From assembly GCF_963921235.1 (NCBI RefSeq), contig NC_086097.1:99388001-99452000 (forward strand): DNA of 64,000 nt, written 5' to 3'. The stretch comes from Mobula hypostoma. Taxonomy: Eukaryota. The position numbers and the translations under genes were made by a program. Each line of letters starts with the position of its first letter. The stretch's first letter is position 1. Positions 36,401-51,400 of the stretch are shown in pieces. Below the pieces are notes generated by a model that did no database searches, had not been told where the DNA came from, and saw only the letters and a list, made by a program, of their open reading frames with translations.

Positions 36401-39400
36401 CACTGCCTTTCCTGTCCATCGCTATGAAATTTGATATATCACCAAAGAAGATAGCAAATTTCTACAGATCTGCCATGGAGAGCATTCTAATCGGTTGTAT
36501 CACCGTAAGGTATGGAGGGGCCACTGCAGAAGATCGGAAAAAGCTGTAGGAAGTTGCAGACTCGACCAGCTCCATCATGGGCACTAGCATCCCCAGCATG
36601 GAGGACATCTTCAAAAGGCGATGCCTCGAAAGGCAGTGTCCATCATTAAGTGTTCCCATCACACAGGATGCACCCTCTTCTCGTTGCTACCGTTAGCGAG
36701 GAGCTACGGGAGCCTGAAGACACACACCTGAGTGTTTTAGGAACATTTTCTTCCCCTTCCCCATCAGATTTCTGAATGGACAATAAATCCATCAACATAT
36801 TTTTCCCTCTCTTTTTGCACTACTCATTTAATTGAATTTATATACATATATTTCTTACTGTCATTTATGGAGTTTTATGTATTGCAATGTACTGTTACTG
36901 TAAAACAACAAATTTCACAGCATATGCCAGTGATACCAAACCTAATTTTGACGCCGATTCTGATTCTGTTGTCATGAAACAATGGTTTTCATCAGCTCTC
37001 GCATGCGCACTTCCACATCACCTTAATTCATAAATATTAGGAGTAAGTAGTAGAATTTGTTTCAGCTTTTAAATATAAAGCTTCACCACTGCCCCCATAT
37101 CTCCAAAGTTTGTTTAATAATGGACACTTCATCAATGGATTCTGATTCTGCCAAGACCCATCCCAAGACTATCATCTGGGTTTCAATAAGATCACCTCTC
37201 ATTCTTCTAAACTCTGATGTATTTGGTCCAACCAACATAACCTTTCCTTAATAAGGGGAGGGAACGTCGACTCAGACCATGAGAGACCTGCATCGGGCAT
37301 ATTCACGCCTTACAAGGCGCAGATTGGAAGTCTATGTGGGGCACCACTCCTCGCACAGACTAGAGCAATGTGTGATTAAGTGCCTTGCTCAAGGGCACAA
37401 ACACGCTGCCACAGCTGAGGCTCGAACTTGCGACCTTGAGGTAACTAGACGAACGCCTTGACCACTTGGCCACGTGCCCAACACAAATAAAGCATAAAGC
37501 ATGCTTTCCTTAATAAAGCATCCCCTTAATCCTGAGAATCAACCCAATAAATCCTCTCTGATATGTTGCCAAGGTATCTGTAATTATCTTTAAATAAGGA
37601 AATTAAAGCAGCATGCAAATGTCCAGATGTGGTCTCAGTACAGTTGTGGCACGACTTCCTCACATTTACACTTCATTTTCTTTGGACTATAATCAACATT
37701 CCGTTGGCCTCCCTTTCTGATTTGTCATACCTGCATACTAACTTTGCGTCAAGTGCAAGAACAATCAAATGCTTCTAGATGCCAGAATTCTATAGAATCT
37801 ATACATTCAAACAACATTCTGCTTATCCATTCTTCCAGGAAAATATTTCCACACAGTATACTTTGAGATACCTTTGTCCACTCAAATATCTGTAATCTTT
37901 ATGTTCTCTTCACAACTCTCTTTTCCAGGATTATAATGAGAGCAGATAAAGGTTTCCCATTCACCTGTCATTAATAAGACTTATAAATCACTGAGAGCCC
38001 TGCACTGATCCCTTTGTAAACTCATCACTTACAGCTGAAAAATACCATTTATACTGCCTCTGTTTTATGTTGCTAAGTGATCCCCTATCAATGTTAAAAT
38101 ACAGTATCACTTCCAACACCATATATTGCAATAATCTATATGTGTCACCTTATTGAACTGCTTTGGAAATCTAAATGGACTTCATTAACCCTTCTTGTCA
38201 TATTCTTAAACGCACCTTAAAGTTTGATTCAAAGTAAAGTTTCCTCCATAATGCCCCATCAAGAACTCCAACAAGCAGAGACGCAGCACAATTTATATAT
38301 GGATTAAGGCCTCCTCTATATTCTCCCATCAAACACTCCTACAGCAGTATCTCACATCCTTGGTCAAGTTCCCTCCATACTGGCACATCAAGCACTTCAC
38401 AGCAGGCCTATTATATTAAATATTGGATAATGTTCCCTTCTACCTCTTCAAACACTCCCAGTGAGCAATCATAGCTGTTTGACATGGAGTTAAAACTGTA
38501 TCAGTAGCCTTTAGCACCCAAGCTGGGCACAGCCAAGTTTAATACAGAGTGAGTCTCCGCTAAACTATCACGGACTGGTGCAGGAGTAAATACTTTCCTT
38601 ACCCAACCCAGAGACATCTGGAGATTATTGCAGCCAGCCACTAACACAGAGTCAGAATTGACATCCATAGTGAGAAAGGTCCTCCCAGCCTGATTTGAAG
38701 TCTCTCATTCATTCCCTGTGGGCTGAAGTTGCTGCTTGACTGTATAACCACTGAATGTGAAACCACAAACACGAGGAAATCTGCAGTTGCTGGAATTTCA
38801 AGCAACACACATAAGTTGCTGGTGAACGCAGCAGGCTAGGAAGCATCTCTAGGAAGAGGTACAGTCGATGTTTTGGGCCGAGACCCTTCGTCAGGACTAT
38901 CTGAAAGAAGAGATAGTAAGAGATTTGAAAGTGGGAGGGGGAGGGATGGAGCCAAGAGCTGGACAGTTGATTGGCAAAGGGGATATGGGAGGATCATGGG
39001 ATCCCCTTTTCTTTCTCCCTATGCCTCCTGTCCCATGATCCTCTCATATCCCTTTTGCCAATCAACTGTCCAGCTCTTGGCTCCATTCCTCCCCCTCCTG
39101 TCTTCTCCTATCATTTCGGATCTCCCCCTCCCCCTCCCACTTTCCAATCTCTTACTAGCTCTTCTTTCAGTTAGTCCTGACAAAGGGTCTCGGCCCGAAA
39201 CGTCGACTGTACCTCTTCCTATAGATGCTGCCTGGCCTGCTGTGTTCACCAGCAATTTTTATGTGTGTTGAATGTGAAACCAGTTCCCTGAGCACTTCCA
39301 TCCATTTCCTTACCTCGGGCAGGTATAGTTCAGCTACCCAACCTGAGCCTGACTCCATCCGCTGATACATGCGTGCATGTTCCACCAAGATACTCGTGTC

Positions 39401-42400
39401 ATGTAACACTGGTTCAGTGTTCACGTTATCCAGATCAGATTAAGTCTTGTTGATGGCTAACAATTGTGTTGGCAGGATGCAGTGAAAGTGCTTGACCTGG
39501 CTGGAAGGCTGATGTTTGGGTGTCAAGTTTGAGCCCATAGGGAAGTGAAAGCAAACATTGCACAATGCTTTACTGGGAGCCGGCTTCATGTTTGCCTTAG
39601 TTGTGTAGTCAGACAATCACTTCTGCTGATAGCCCATGGATGAAGAACCACAACCCGGGCTGCAAGTACATTTATCTGGCAAGGGTTTCAATGCCTCCAG
39701 CTCAGGTAAGGCGATACGAAGACAAGGCCAGGTTTATACCAGAGCAGATTTTAAGGGCACGTGTGGCTGAATATGGAGCTTACTCTACACCTGTTGCAAT
39801 AACATTAAGAAAGTGTGGAACTACAGTAGATGTGAGCTTGCAATGCGATGATCCACCTCACCTGCCCAGGTGTGAGGCACATAGTCCTTCACTTCAATAT
39901 AAGCAAATAGCGTTGCCATGGGGAGCAGATGGTTAGTCTCATTCCGCAGGCCAATATGATGATATCCTGTGGAGAGAAGGGCACCCCTTTTAGGTACATT
40001 ACCTAGCAGAAGGTTCAGCATGACCAAGGGAGAGGGTATTAGGAGAAGATAAATAATGTGGGAAAGGAAAGGAAATGTGAAATAAAATCAGAAAACACTT
40101 CTGTGAAGGAAGAAAAGGAGTTAACATTTCAGGTCAGTGACCTTTCAATTCTAACTTCAAACATTTCTTCACAGGTGCTGTGTAACTTGATGACTATTTC
40201 CATCGGTTCGTGCATTATATATTGTTCACATAAACCATGATGGAGTTGCATAGTAGTATCTGTGAAATGGAGTTCAGGCGTGTCACTGGGAATCTGAGTC
40301 ATTTTTATTACATTGAATGTGAACATTGCTGGCAATGTCAGAATTTATTTTCCATCCTTAATTGCCCCTGAACTAGGAAGGCAGTCAAGAGTCAACCATG
40401 TTGGTGGGATCTGGATCACAAAGTCCCACAGCTGCCTTATGGATATCTCCCACTCTGCTTCCTGTATGGACTCCAATTTATTTTCCCAGCTTCTCTTTCA
40501 AATCTGCTCTCATAATGAAATCATCCGCTCCTGGACCCACCTATACCTACCAGGTTGCTCCACCCTTTCCCTCCACCTTTTTATATTAACTATCTCCCCT
40601 ACGTTCTTTTTGGTCCAGATTAATGGTCTCAACGCAAAGCACTGACTGTCCATTTCATTCCTTAGATACTGCCTGATCCATGGAGTTCCTTAGTACTTTG
40701 GGTGTTGGCTCCAGTTTCCATCTGCAGTCTCTGTGCCTCTATATACCTTTACATAAATCTGGGTGCATGTAGTTGTGGCTGTGTGACATGTGAAAATGTG
40801 GAGAATGTTCATAAATAATAAATAGTAGATCAGTCTGTATAATGATGGGAAGCATCTATGCTTTAAGTACCTGTTTGGACAGCAGTAACTGATAGAATCC
40901 TCTGTCCAATGAACTTCCCACTTTCTTCATACGTGGCAATTCTTACAAAAGCCAATTCTGGCACAAGGATCTGCAAGTCAGGAAGTTTCTTATTAGACAG
41001 TAGCTAAAGAGTAATTCCCAAACAGGCAGCTAAATCAACTCAGAGACCGTATTGATGGAGTTGGGCAGTGAACCAGCAGAGTGAGAGGTCTGAACTTATA
41101 GAGGGTGGCCAGATTGTCCTCGACCAGCCCACTGCCCATTTTAGCCACTGCTTTCACCATGCCAGCCCAGACTGAGGTCTTCCTGATGGGGAGACTTGAG
41201 CAAGCTGGCCCTCCATCTTGAATCGGGATCTCACAATGTCCCAAGTCCCAAGTTCCCAGTTTCTCTGGACACACAGTAAATGAGATAGAGACCCAATCAG
41301 CCCAGCTCACACTGAGATGGGGTTCTGGGATCACACCCAAAGACCCAGGGCTAAAAAGCTCATGAAGAACTTCATGGAATTCTACAGCATAGAAGAATGC
41401 CCTATGGCCCACCGAGTTCATGCCAAACAGTAATCACCCACATACAGTAATTCTTTATTCTCCTGTCACTTCCATCAACTCCCACAGATCCTACCAGCCA
41501 CCTACAGATACAGGGGGCAATTAACCAACTGACCTGTAGACCTTTGCAATGCTGGAGAAAACCAGAGCACTCAATGAAGGTGGACAAGAAGTTGGGATTA
41601 AACTGGGTCTTTGAGACAGCATTTTTACTAGCTGCACCAGTCTGCTTTCTCTAGCGTAGTGAATCCGTGGACAAAAAGAATGGGCTGGTAAACAGAACAG
41701 CAACAAACAGGAAGGCTGAGGTCAAATGAGCCTTCTCAGATGGGTCTGGGGTCCAAAACGCTGGTTCACATGGTGCTTAGGTACAGGGGCACTGGGGCTG
41801 TTGTCTGAAATACTGGGATCTGGTGAGTCTGTATCCTGGGAGCCTGTCTCACATGGTGAGTTTGACCCGGAGTGTACACAGGGCATTGTGTCTACTTAGA
41901 AACCGGCTGACATAGTGGCTGGGGTTCAATCAAGGATCTCAACACGTACGGTGCTTAAACTAGGTCACCAAGGTCCTGGCATCTTGTGAACCTAGCTAAT
42001 ACTGGCACTGGGGCCTAATGAACAGGCTCAAATACCAATAAAAGTGGGGATCTCATGATTCTGCAGAACAAGGTGACTGACATCTATTAATCGCAGCTCA
42101 CGTGGGGACTTGGGTCTACTATATTTACTCATATCCACATTGAAATTCAGTAGGTCAGTAGGTACATCTAATGTCAGAGAAATGTATACATTATACATAC
42201 TGAAATTGATGACTAGTGAATCGGTCTTCCTTGAGGCCTAGGCTTAGGGTCCTATGAACATGTTTACATGGGTCCCGGGACAAATGAGGGCCTGGCTCCA
42301 ATGAGCAAGATGATCTCAGGGAGGGTGTCTGATGAGCCATGTTCACAATGGCACTGAAACACTGAGCTGGGAGAACACTGGAATCCATTACTAAAGAGAT

Positions 42401-45400
42401 TCCAGGGCATTTGGAAAATTGTAACATGTTCAAGAGTTGATATAGCATTATGAAAGAGAAAATGTGTTTTTCTTTCACAATACTACATCAACTCTTGCAT
42501 GTACCTCAAGGATGTGTGCTTAGCCCACTGCTCTACTCTCTTTACGCCCATGACTATATGACTAGGCATGGCTCAAATACCATCTATAAATTTGCTGATG
42601 ATACAACCATTGTTGGCAGAATCTCAGATGGTGATGAGAGGGCGTACAGGAGCGAGATATACCAGCTAGTTGAGTGGTGTCACAGCAACAACCTTGCACT
42701 CAGTGTCAGTAGGACAAAAGAGCTGATTGTGGGCTTCAGGAAGGGTAAGACGAGGGAACACACACCAGTCCTCACAGGGGAATCAGAAGTGGAGAGAGTG
42801 AGCAGTTTCAAGTTCCTGGGTGTCAAAATCTCTGAGGATCTAACCTGGTCCTAACGTATCGATGCAGCCATAAAGAAGGCAAGAAAGTGGCTATATTTCA
42901 TTAGGAGTTTGAAGAGATTTGATTCATTATCTAAAACAATCAAAAAGTTAATAGATGTGCCATGGAGAACATTCTGACAGGCTGACTATGGGATGGGGAT
43001 GGGAACTACTTCACAGGACTGTTTTTATTTTCTTTCTATACTATGTATTGCATTGAACTGCTGCTGCTAAGATAACAAATTTCACAATACGTGCCGGTGA
43101 TAATCAACCTGACTCGGAGTCTGATTCTGTTTGGTTATCTGGAAGTCAAGTTTATTGGCATATGCCCAAGTAGGTGCAATGAAAAGCTTACTTGCAACAA
43201 CGTCACAGCCATATAGCATCATGTAAGCAGCATTCACAAGAAAAAAAACAAAGTAATTATAACTTACATTCAACTTTTACAAGAAAACAAATACGTTGAT
43301 TTTTGTGCAAGGTGGTCAAAGTGGTCCTTGAGGGGGGATAAAATGAGAACCATTATATTTGGATTCCCAGAAGCCATTCCACAAGGTGCCACATCAAAGG
43401 TCACTGCACAAGGATCTTTTTGTTTTTGAGATGGATGTAGTTAGTGTGGTTCATAAACAGAAAACAGAATTAGATGAGAAAATACTGTGGTGCCACAGGG
43501 ATCACTACTCAGGCCTCAACTATTTCTAATCTCTAGTAGTGACCTAGATGAAGGGCAAACTGTAGGCACATTTGCTAAGGACACAAAATCAGGTGGGAGA
43601 GCAAATTGGGAAAAGGCCACAAAGAATCTCCAGAGGGATTGCAGAGATTAACGGAGTAGGAAAGAAGTTGGCAGGTAGATTATGATGTGGGAAAGGGTGA
43701 GATTAAGACTTCGGAATTAAGAATGAAAAGAACAATTTCAGTGGAGTGTGAGTACAAACATTGTGGTGTGAGGGGATCAGAGCGTTCTAATAAAAGTTGA
43801 GCTTACTTTCATATGCTTAAGTACATCGACAGGTGCAATGAAAAATGTACTTGCAGCAGGCACATAAGCAGTATTCACAAGAAAAACATGAATTATATGC
43901 AATGTTTACAATAGAACCCAATTAGAACAATAATTGCATGAAGAACAAAATTAGTATGTAGGGTACAGCAGGCAGTTAGGAAGGAAAATGAAATATTGGC
44001 TCTTATTGCAAGGAGTATATACAGTATGTAAGAGAGATTTAATACAACATGGCACCATATGCAGAAAGGTTGAGCAGATTGGGCTTATATCATTGGAGTT
44101 TAGAAGAATGTAAGATGACTTTATTGAAACAAAGTTTTAAGGGGAATTGACGAGGCTGGGTGCTGAGGGTATGTTTTCTCTTGCAGGTGTATCTAGAACA
44201 AGGAGACTTAATTTCAGAGGAAAGTATGGCTCATTTAAGATGAAGATAAAGAAAAATTCTTCTCCGAGGATCATAACACTTCAGAGTCATTGATTAGATC
44301 AAGAGGCATTGAATCTCGAGGGAGCAGAGTTACGGGAGAGAGTAGAAAGTAGTGTTGAGGCTATGTGTGGATTAGCTATAACCTTGTCAACTGGCAGGCC
44401 AAGCACAGGAGGACGAGTGGGGCTTCATCCAACTCACGTTCCAGCAAGAGGACTGGGGTCCAAGCAAGGCAATATAGACTACCATTCACCTGTCTAATGA
44501 GCTGGCTCACCTGGAAAGAGAGCAAGGCTTTAATAGTTGTCTCTGAGGCAACATCCTCCCAAAAATAGCTCAGAGAGTTTTGTCTTATGTCTGGTTATTG
44601 TGGGGACTGGTGTCTGATGAGTCTGTTAGCATGGGGATGGGGTGAAGTTAGTCTCATACATCCAGTGAGCCCAGCTTACATGGCAATTGGATCTGGAATC
44701 TCCTAACAAGTTCATATGGACAGCCGGGCTTAACGATCCTGGCTAGGATGAAGGCTGCATATACTGTAATGAGCTTGTACTTCTTGGAGGCTGGGGTCCC
44801 ATATGTCTGGCTCATGTGTAAGTGAAGCTGGAGAATTAATCATTAATGGGACTAGGCTGTATCTGCAGGAGGGGACACCATGTTTGTGTTGTCGATACAC
44901 CGTCTTCAACACTGTACCTTTTCAAAAAGGAAGGGTTCCTTGTCCCTCCACTGAGGGTTGATGGAATTTTGCTCAAGGGACAATTTTGTTCTGAACTTCT
45001 GCTTAGGATCATTGGGGAGTCCAAATAATTCCACTTCAACATAGAATCTTGAGTTGCGATCTGACAGAAACTGCCCAGATATAATCTGCAATAGGAAATA
45101 CCAGGAGTTAAAGATCACAGTACATGATCTGTTCTATTCAAAACTACCTTAAAGGCAAGGTACACTGTGGGTGGTAGCAGTAATTCAGTGTTGCCTAGTG
45201 ATGAAAGAGGACTAGGAGCACAGAGGATTTATCTTAAGGCTGCATGGTCTTCTGGTGGTCATTCAGCTTCTTATGCAGTCATGAGGTTGACAGCCAGGCA
45301 GGTCAATGCCTGGGATGAAGCTGCAAGGATAAACTCGCAGTACCGGAAAGACCACAAGACCAAAAAAAGGGAACAGAATTAGGCTATTTGGTCCATCGAG

Positions 45401-48400
45401 CCTTCTCCACCATCTCAGCTTCCCTCTCAACCCCGTTCTTCTGCCTTCTCCCTGTAACCTTTGAAACCCTTCTTATCAAGAACTTATTAACTGACTTGGC
45501 TTCCACAGCCGCCTGTGGCGTTGAATTCACAGATTCACCACTCTCTGGCTAAAGAAATTCTTCCTCATCTTCATTCTAAAACAACATTCCTCTTTTCTGA
45601 GCCTATGACCTCTGAACCTAGACTCCTCACATCCATTCTATCTAGGCCTTTCAACATTTGATAAGTCACAACGAGATCGCCCTCATTCTTCTAAATTCCA
45701 ACGGGTTAAGGCCCAGAGCCATCAATCTTTTCTATTCTAGTCCTCTCAAAATGAATGCTAACATTGCATTTGCCTTCCTCACCACCGACTCAACCTGCAC
45801 AAGGACTCTCAGGTCCTTTTGCACCTTGGATTTTGTTTAGTTTTCTCCCCACTTAGAAAATAGTCTATGCTTTTAGTCCCAAAGTGCATGACTCTACACT
45901 TCCCGACACTGTATTCCATTTTCCACGTCTTTGCCCCCTTTCCTAATCTGTCTAAGTCCTTCCACAGCCTCCCTGTGCTCAAAGATGATGTACTGTATGT
46001 ATTCTCTAATACCGTTATCCAGCAGCTGCATTATTAACTTCAATATTGATATCCTCATCACTTACCTATCAACAACTCTATCAATTAGGGCAAATATCCA
46101 ATGTCTACTTAGTTCACCTCAAGTTTTTAGCATCATACCCATATTCAAAGCATGCACACCCTCCCAGTTATTCAACATTGAGAGGCACGTGGAATCATCA
46201 AAATCCACAAAACATGCAAATTTATTGTGTCTGTACCAGCAGGAAAGACTTATTCAGCCTAATTCTTCCTTCTAGCTCTTGGCTATTAACTTACTTTGTA
46301 GCTTGAATACTTCTTTGCTTATTGTCTTGTTTATTGTTTATTATTTATGGTAATGCCTGCACTGTTTTGTGCACTTTATGCAGACCTGGATAGGTCTGTA
46401 GTCTAGTGTAGTTTTTGTGTTGTTTTATGTAGTTTAGTGTATTGTCTCATGTAGCACCATGGTCCTGAAAAACGTTGTCTCATTTTACTGTGTACTGTAC
46501 CAACAGTTATGGTCGAAATGACAATAAAAAGTGACTTGACTTGACTTGATCTGCAGTAGCCACTGCAAATCTAAATGGAGCATCATAATTTCAGTACCAT
46601 TGATGTCCTAATTGTTATTAAACAGAATCCAATAATCTGCACGTGATGAGATGCTGGACACAATTCCCTGCATCCACAGCAGGGGACAAAGACAGCACCT
46701 GTCTCTAAAACGTTTCAGGGTCTTGCCTCTCAATTCTGTTTCCATTGTCCTGATAAGCCTTCAGGAATACCACATTTCCTGTTTCTATTTCAGGTTTCCA
46801 AGATGGCATTTTGTTTTATTTTCTTCAAGATGCCTGTGTTCCACCGGTTCCATTTTCCCCTTGAACTCCAGTATCCACAACCCATCCAGCAACACCCCTT
46901 CCCCCATCCAAAATAAAATCTGTTTCACTACTACTTTTCTGATCTTTAAGACATTTGTGAACACACATCTTTTAGTTACCCTAACATCACCTTTGTTAGA
47001 GGCTTAGGAGCATAATATATTTATAGACAAGACCAAGTTCAGAGTATTCAGGGCAAAGTGCCAGATAGAACAAACATTAACAGCTGGGATAGGGATATAG
47101 TTTGCAGACAACTAAATAGGAACGGACAAATTGAAGCCTTTGCATCTTTACTACAAGAGCTGAAGGACACAATCACAAACAATTGCTCCATGAAGAAAGA
47201 GACTCCACATTCATTAATCAGCCAAGCACTGGTTGACTTGATAATCCAAATTATGACATTACTAGATACATTAAAACAGCAGCAAGCCCACTGAACCTAC
47301 TCTGCAATTCTATCCCAATACCATGTTGTGCCTTTTGTGCCTAAAACTCTATCTTTTTCTTAAATGTGTTCAGCTTCATGGCCACTACAGACTTCTTTGG
47401 TAAGGCAGTCCCTGAGGAAAATGTTTATCCTCCGGGAAAAGCCAAACTACTGGAGGAGCACAGCAGGTCAAGCAGCATCTGTGATGGTAAAGGGATAGTT
47501 GATGATTTGGATTGAGACCCTAACCTCTTCTTCAAGGAGGTTTCTCTTCACCTCAGTGCTCAATGTCTTAACCCATACTCTGACAACAACAAGGAAAGTA
47601 TTTAAAATAAATCGTGCTTGCAGAAGGGACCCTTGTTTACTTGTGGGATGTTGATGAAATCATTAACTCTTGAAGTTGAATAAAATCCAAACTTTACCAA
47701 AATGGACAATGAGCTTGGTGCAACAACATCTATCTGATCAGCAGTGAAAGGATCAAACTTCTTATCCTGACAACGCAGCAGCTTATGCTTCAGAATATAG
47801 CCACACCGCCCGTTGAACTCAAAGCATGAATTGTTCAGCTGCATGGGGATATCTAAAAGAAAGAAAGGAGAGAAAATTATCAATGATAAATCAGAAAATA
47901 GTCCCTGGGGTTAGCTAGTCAACCTGAAGAACATAATTAGTTTTAGAACTATAGGGTCGATAACTAGTCCCCAGGATTCTGTGTCAGAGATCACAGTCCA
48001 GGGTGTAGGTTCAGCATCATAAGGTGAGTAACAAAGGCCCAAAATCACAATCAGGATGCTCAGTCAGTTTCTGAGATCTTCAGATCACAATCAACAGATA
48101 CTGAGACAGCATTAAAGTTATCAGGATTGGGATTCATGTACCAGCTCTTTTGTGAAATGCTGACCTGAGAAAAGCTGGAAATCTGGAGTAACACAGTATC
48201 CCAATGAAGGGTCTTGACCCAAAACATTATCTCTCCCTCCATTCCCCTCCACAGATGCAGACTGACCTGCTGTGTTCCTCCAGCATTCTGTGTCACTTCA
48301 AAAATAATAACCATCTTCAAAATACTCAATGCAAAAGGGAGCCCTTCTTCAAACATTATTCTAGAAACTGTATTCCACTTGTTTTGTTAATTTAAGACAC

Positions 48401-51400
48401 AAAAGACTACAAAGTGCAAATTTGAGTTAATTGAAACTTTTGTTATCCAAACCAGTTTATCACACAGTGGTCCTTTCCTCATTTTTGAGTGGTCATTTCA
48501 GTGATCTTTTATACCAACATATTGGATTCAGAGCCAACTTGCTCACGGAAGGCAGAGGGTGGTTGTAGATGGAGCCTATTCTGCCAGGAGGTCGGTAACC
48601 AATGGTGTTCCACAGGGATCAGTTCTGGGACCCTTGCTCTTTGCAATTTTTATAAATGACTTGCATGAGGAAGTGGAAGGGTGGGTTAGTAAGTTTGCAG
48701 GTGACACGAGGTGGGTGGATTTGGGGATAGTGAAAAAAGTTATTGCATAATACAATGAGACATTGACAGGATGCAGAGCTGGGCTGAGAAGTGGCAGATA
48801 GAGTTCAGTCTGGAAAAGTGAAGTGATTCTTTTTTTGAAGGTTCAATTTGAAGGCAGAATACAGGGCTAATGGCGGGATTGTTAGCAGTGTGGAGAAACA
48901 AGAGGGATCTTTGGGGTCCTCGTCCATAGATCTCTCAAAGTTGCATCTCAAGTTGGTAGGGTTGTTATGAAGGAGTATGGTGTGTTAGTCTTCATCAGTC
49001 AAGGGAATGAATTCAAGAGCCGTGAGGAAATGTTGCAGCTCTATAAAACCCTGGTTAGAGCACACTTGGAATATTATGTTCATTTCTGGTCACCTCATGT
49101 GGAAACTTTAGAGAGGGTGCAGAGGAGATTTACCAGGATGCAAGTCTTATGAGAATAGGTTGAACAAGCTAGGACCTTTCTCGAGGGAGGATGAGTGGTG
49201 ATTTGATGAGTGAGGTGTACAAGATGATAAGAGGACTTCATTCACCAAGTGGACAGCCAGAAACTTTTTCCCAGAGTGGATACGAGCGGACGTAATTTAA
49301 AGGTGATTAGAGAGAAGTATGGGAGGGTGTGCGGATGTCAGAGGTGGGTGTTTTTTACACTGAGAGTTGTGGGTACATGCAGTGCACTGCCAGGGTACTG
49401 GTAAAGGAAGAGACATTAGGGACATTGAAGAAACCCTTAGGTGGGTACATGGATAATAAAAAAATGAAGGGCTATATAGGAGGGAAGGGATAGAATGATC
49501 TTAGAGTAGGTTAAAAGGTCAACACAATATCATGAGCCAAAAGGCCTTTGCTGTGCTGTAATCTTCTGTGGTCTATATTGCTAACTCTATTTAATCCATT
49601 GCCTACTTCTCTCTGAAAGTCTTCAAGTTAACCCATTATGCCTTTTACAATCTCTGGTGGCATACTTAACTCTCTTGTGATCATTATCCTATATTAATCT
49701 CATTGCTTCTCTAGTTGATCTTTATCTTCATTGATCTGATTAATTTGCTCCTTAATCTACTTCATTCATAGTTTAAATTTGATTATTACTCTTACTGCCC
49801 TATAGGCGTCTCAGTTCCAATCTCCATTACCTTTTGTCTGTACTTTCATCAGTCTCCATACTTCCCTTCCTAAATCTCTTCACTATTCCCTCCTCCTTTA
49901 AAGAACGTTATAGAACATACCAATCTAGACAAACTTTTTGCCATATGCTCCAATTTATGGTTCAATGTCAGAGATTTTATCAAATAAAAAATGATGAGTT
50001 TTACCCTGTTAAGCATGTGACATAAATCTTGCCCTCAACTCTATGATTACTCTTTTATTGACCTGGTTTCAACAACACTCAGGAAGCTCAGCACCATACA
50101 GGACATAGCAACCTGTCTGATAGGCACCCCATCTACAACCATTCACTCAGTGCACCACTGCCGCACAGTAGCACAATCTGTACCATCTACACAACTCAAC
50201 CAAGATCCCTTCGGGAGCACCCTCCAAACCCACCTACCAGCTAGACAGACAAGGGCAATGAAAGGAGGGATACACCAGCCTTTGCAAGTCATCCTCAAGC
50301 CACGCACCATGCTGACTTGGAAATTGTCTCTGTTCCTTTTACATCATTGGGATCCTATAAAATCCTATAACTCCCTCCCTGTCAGCATTGTGGATATACC
50401 CACATCACGAGGTCTGAGTGGTTCTAGAAGGCAGCTCACCACCACCAGAGCCAGTTAGGGAGGAGAAGCTAAATGTTGGCTCAGCCTGAGAAACCCACAG
50501 TCCCTGAGTGAATGTGAAAGCAAAAGGCACAATGAGCCCTGAATCCCGTCTCTGCTCTGCCACTCACCTGCCGTCTGAAAGTTGAGAGCAACCATCTGAC
50601 AGCCAGTGTTCCAGAAGACATTAGGTAGGTAGTTTGAGGAATCCATTCTCGACCCTTTGGGGTAAATGCGACTCATTTGTCTCTTGTTGTATCTGTGTGA
50701 GTGTATAGGAACTGAGAAACCTTTGAGATATTAGCCAGTCCCTCTCAAGATGGGAGGATGGCACGCGAACCATAGAAACATAGAAACATAGAAACATAGA
50801 AAATAGGTGCAGGAGTAGGCCATTCGGCCCTTCGAGCCTGCACCGCCATTTATTATGATCATGGCTGATCATCCAACTCAGAACCCAGCCTTCCCTCCAT
50901 ACCCCCTGACCCCTGTAGCCACAAGGGCCATATCTAACTTCCTTTTAAACATAGCTAATGAACTGGCCTCAACAGTTTGCTGTGGCAGAGAATTCCACAG
51001 ATTCACCACTCTCTGTGTGAAGAAGTTTTTCCTAACCTCGGTCCTAAAAGGCTTCCCCTCTATCCTCAAACTGTGACCCCTCGTTCTAGACCTCCCCAAC
51101 ATCGGGAACAATCTTCCTGCATCTAGCCTGTCCAATCCCTTTAGGATCTTATACGTTTCAATCAGATCCCCCCTCAATCTTCTAAATTCCAACGAGTACA
51201 AGCCCAGTTCATCCAGTCTTTCTTCATATGAAAGACCTGCCATCCCAGGAATCAATCTGGTGAACCTTCTTTGTACTCCCTCTATGGCAAAGATGTCTTT
51301 CCTCAGATTAGGGGACCAAAACTGCACACAATACTCCAGGTGTGGTCTCACCAAGGCCTTGTACAACTGCAGTAGTACCTCCCTGCTCCTGTACTCGAAT

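Larger units (their letters stand above)
38766..39270. mobile_element. Fold-back (inverted-repeat) Penelope-like element with TSD
   Basis: Arms ~38803-39001 and ~39031-39270 are reverse complements (one ~40-bp indel); TSD (TG)AATGTGAAACCA at 38752-38765 and 39269-39282. Confidence 0.85.

Noticed and set aside
37380..37484. tRNA gene
   Set aside because: A/B boxes run into a SINE central domain; no acceptor stem; it is a SINE head
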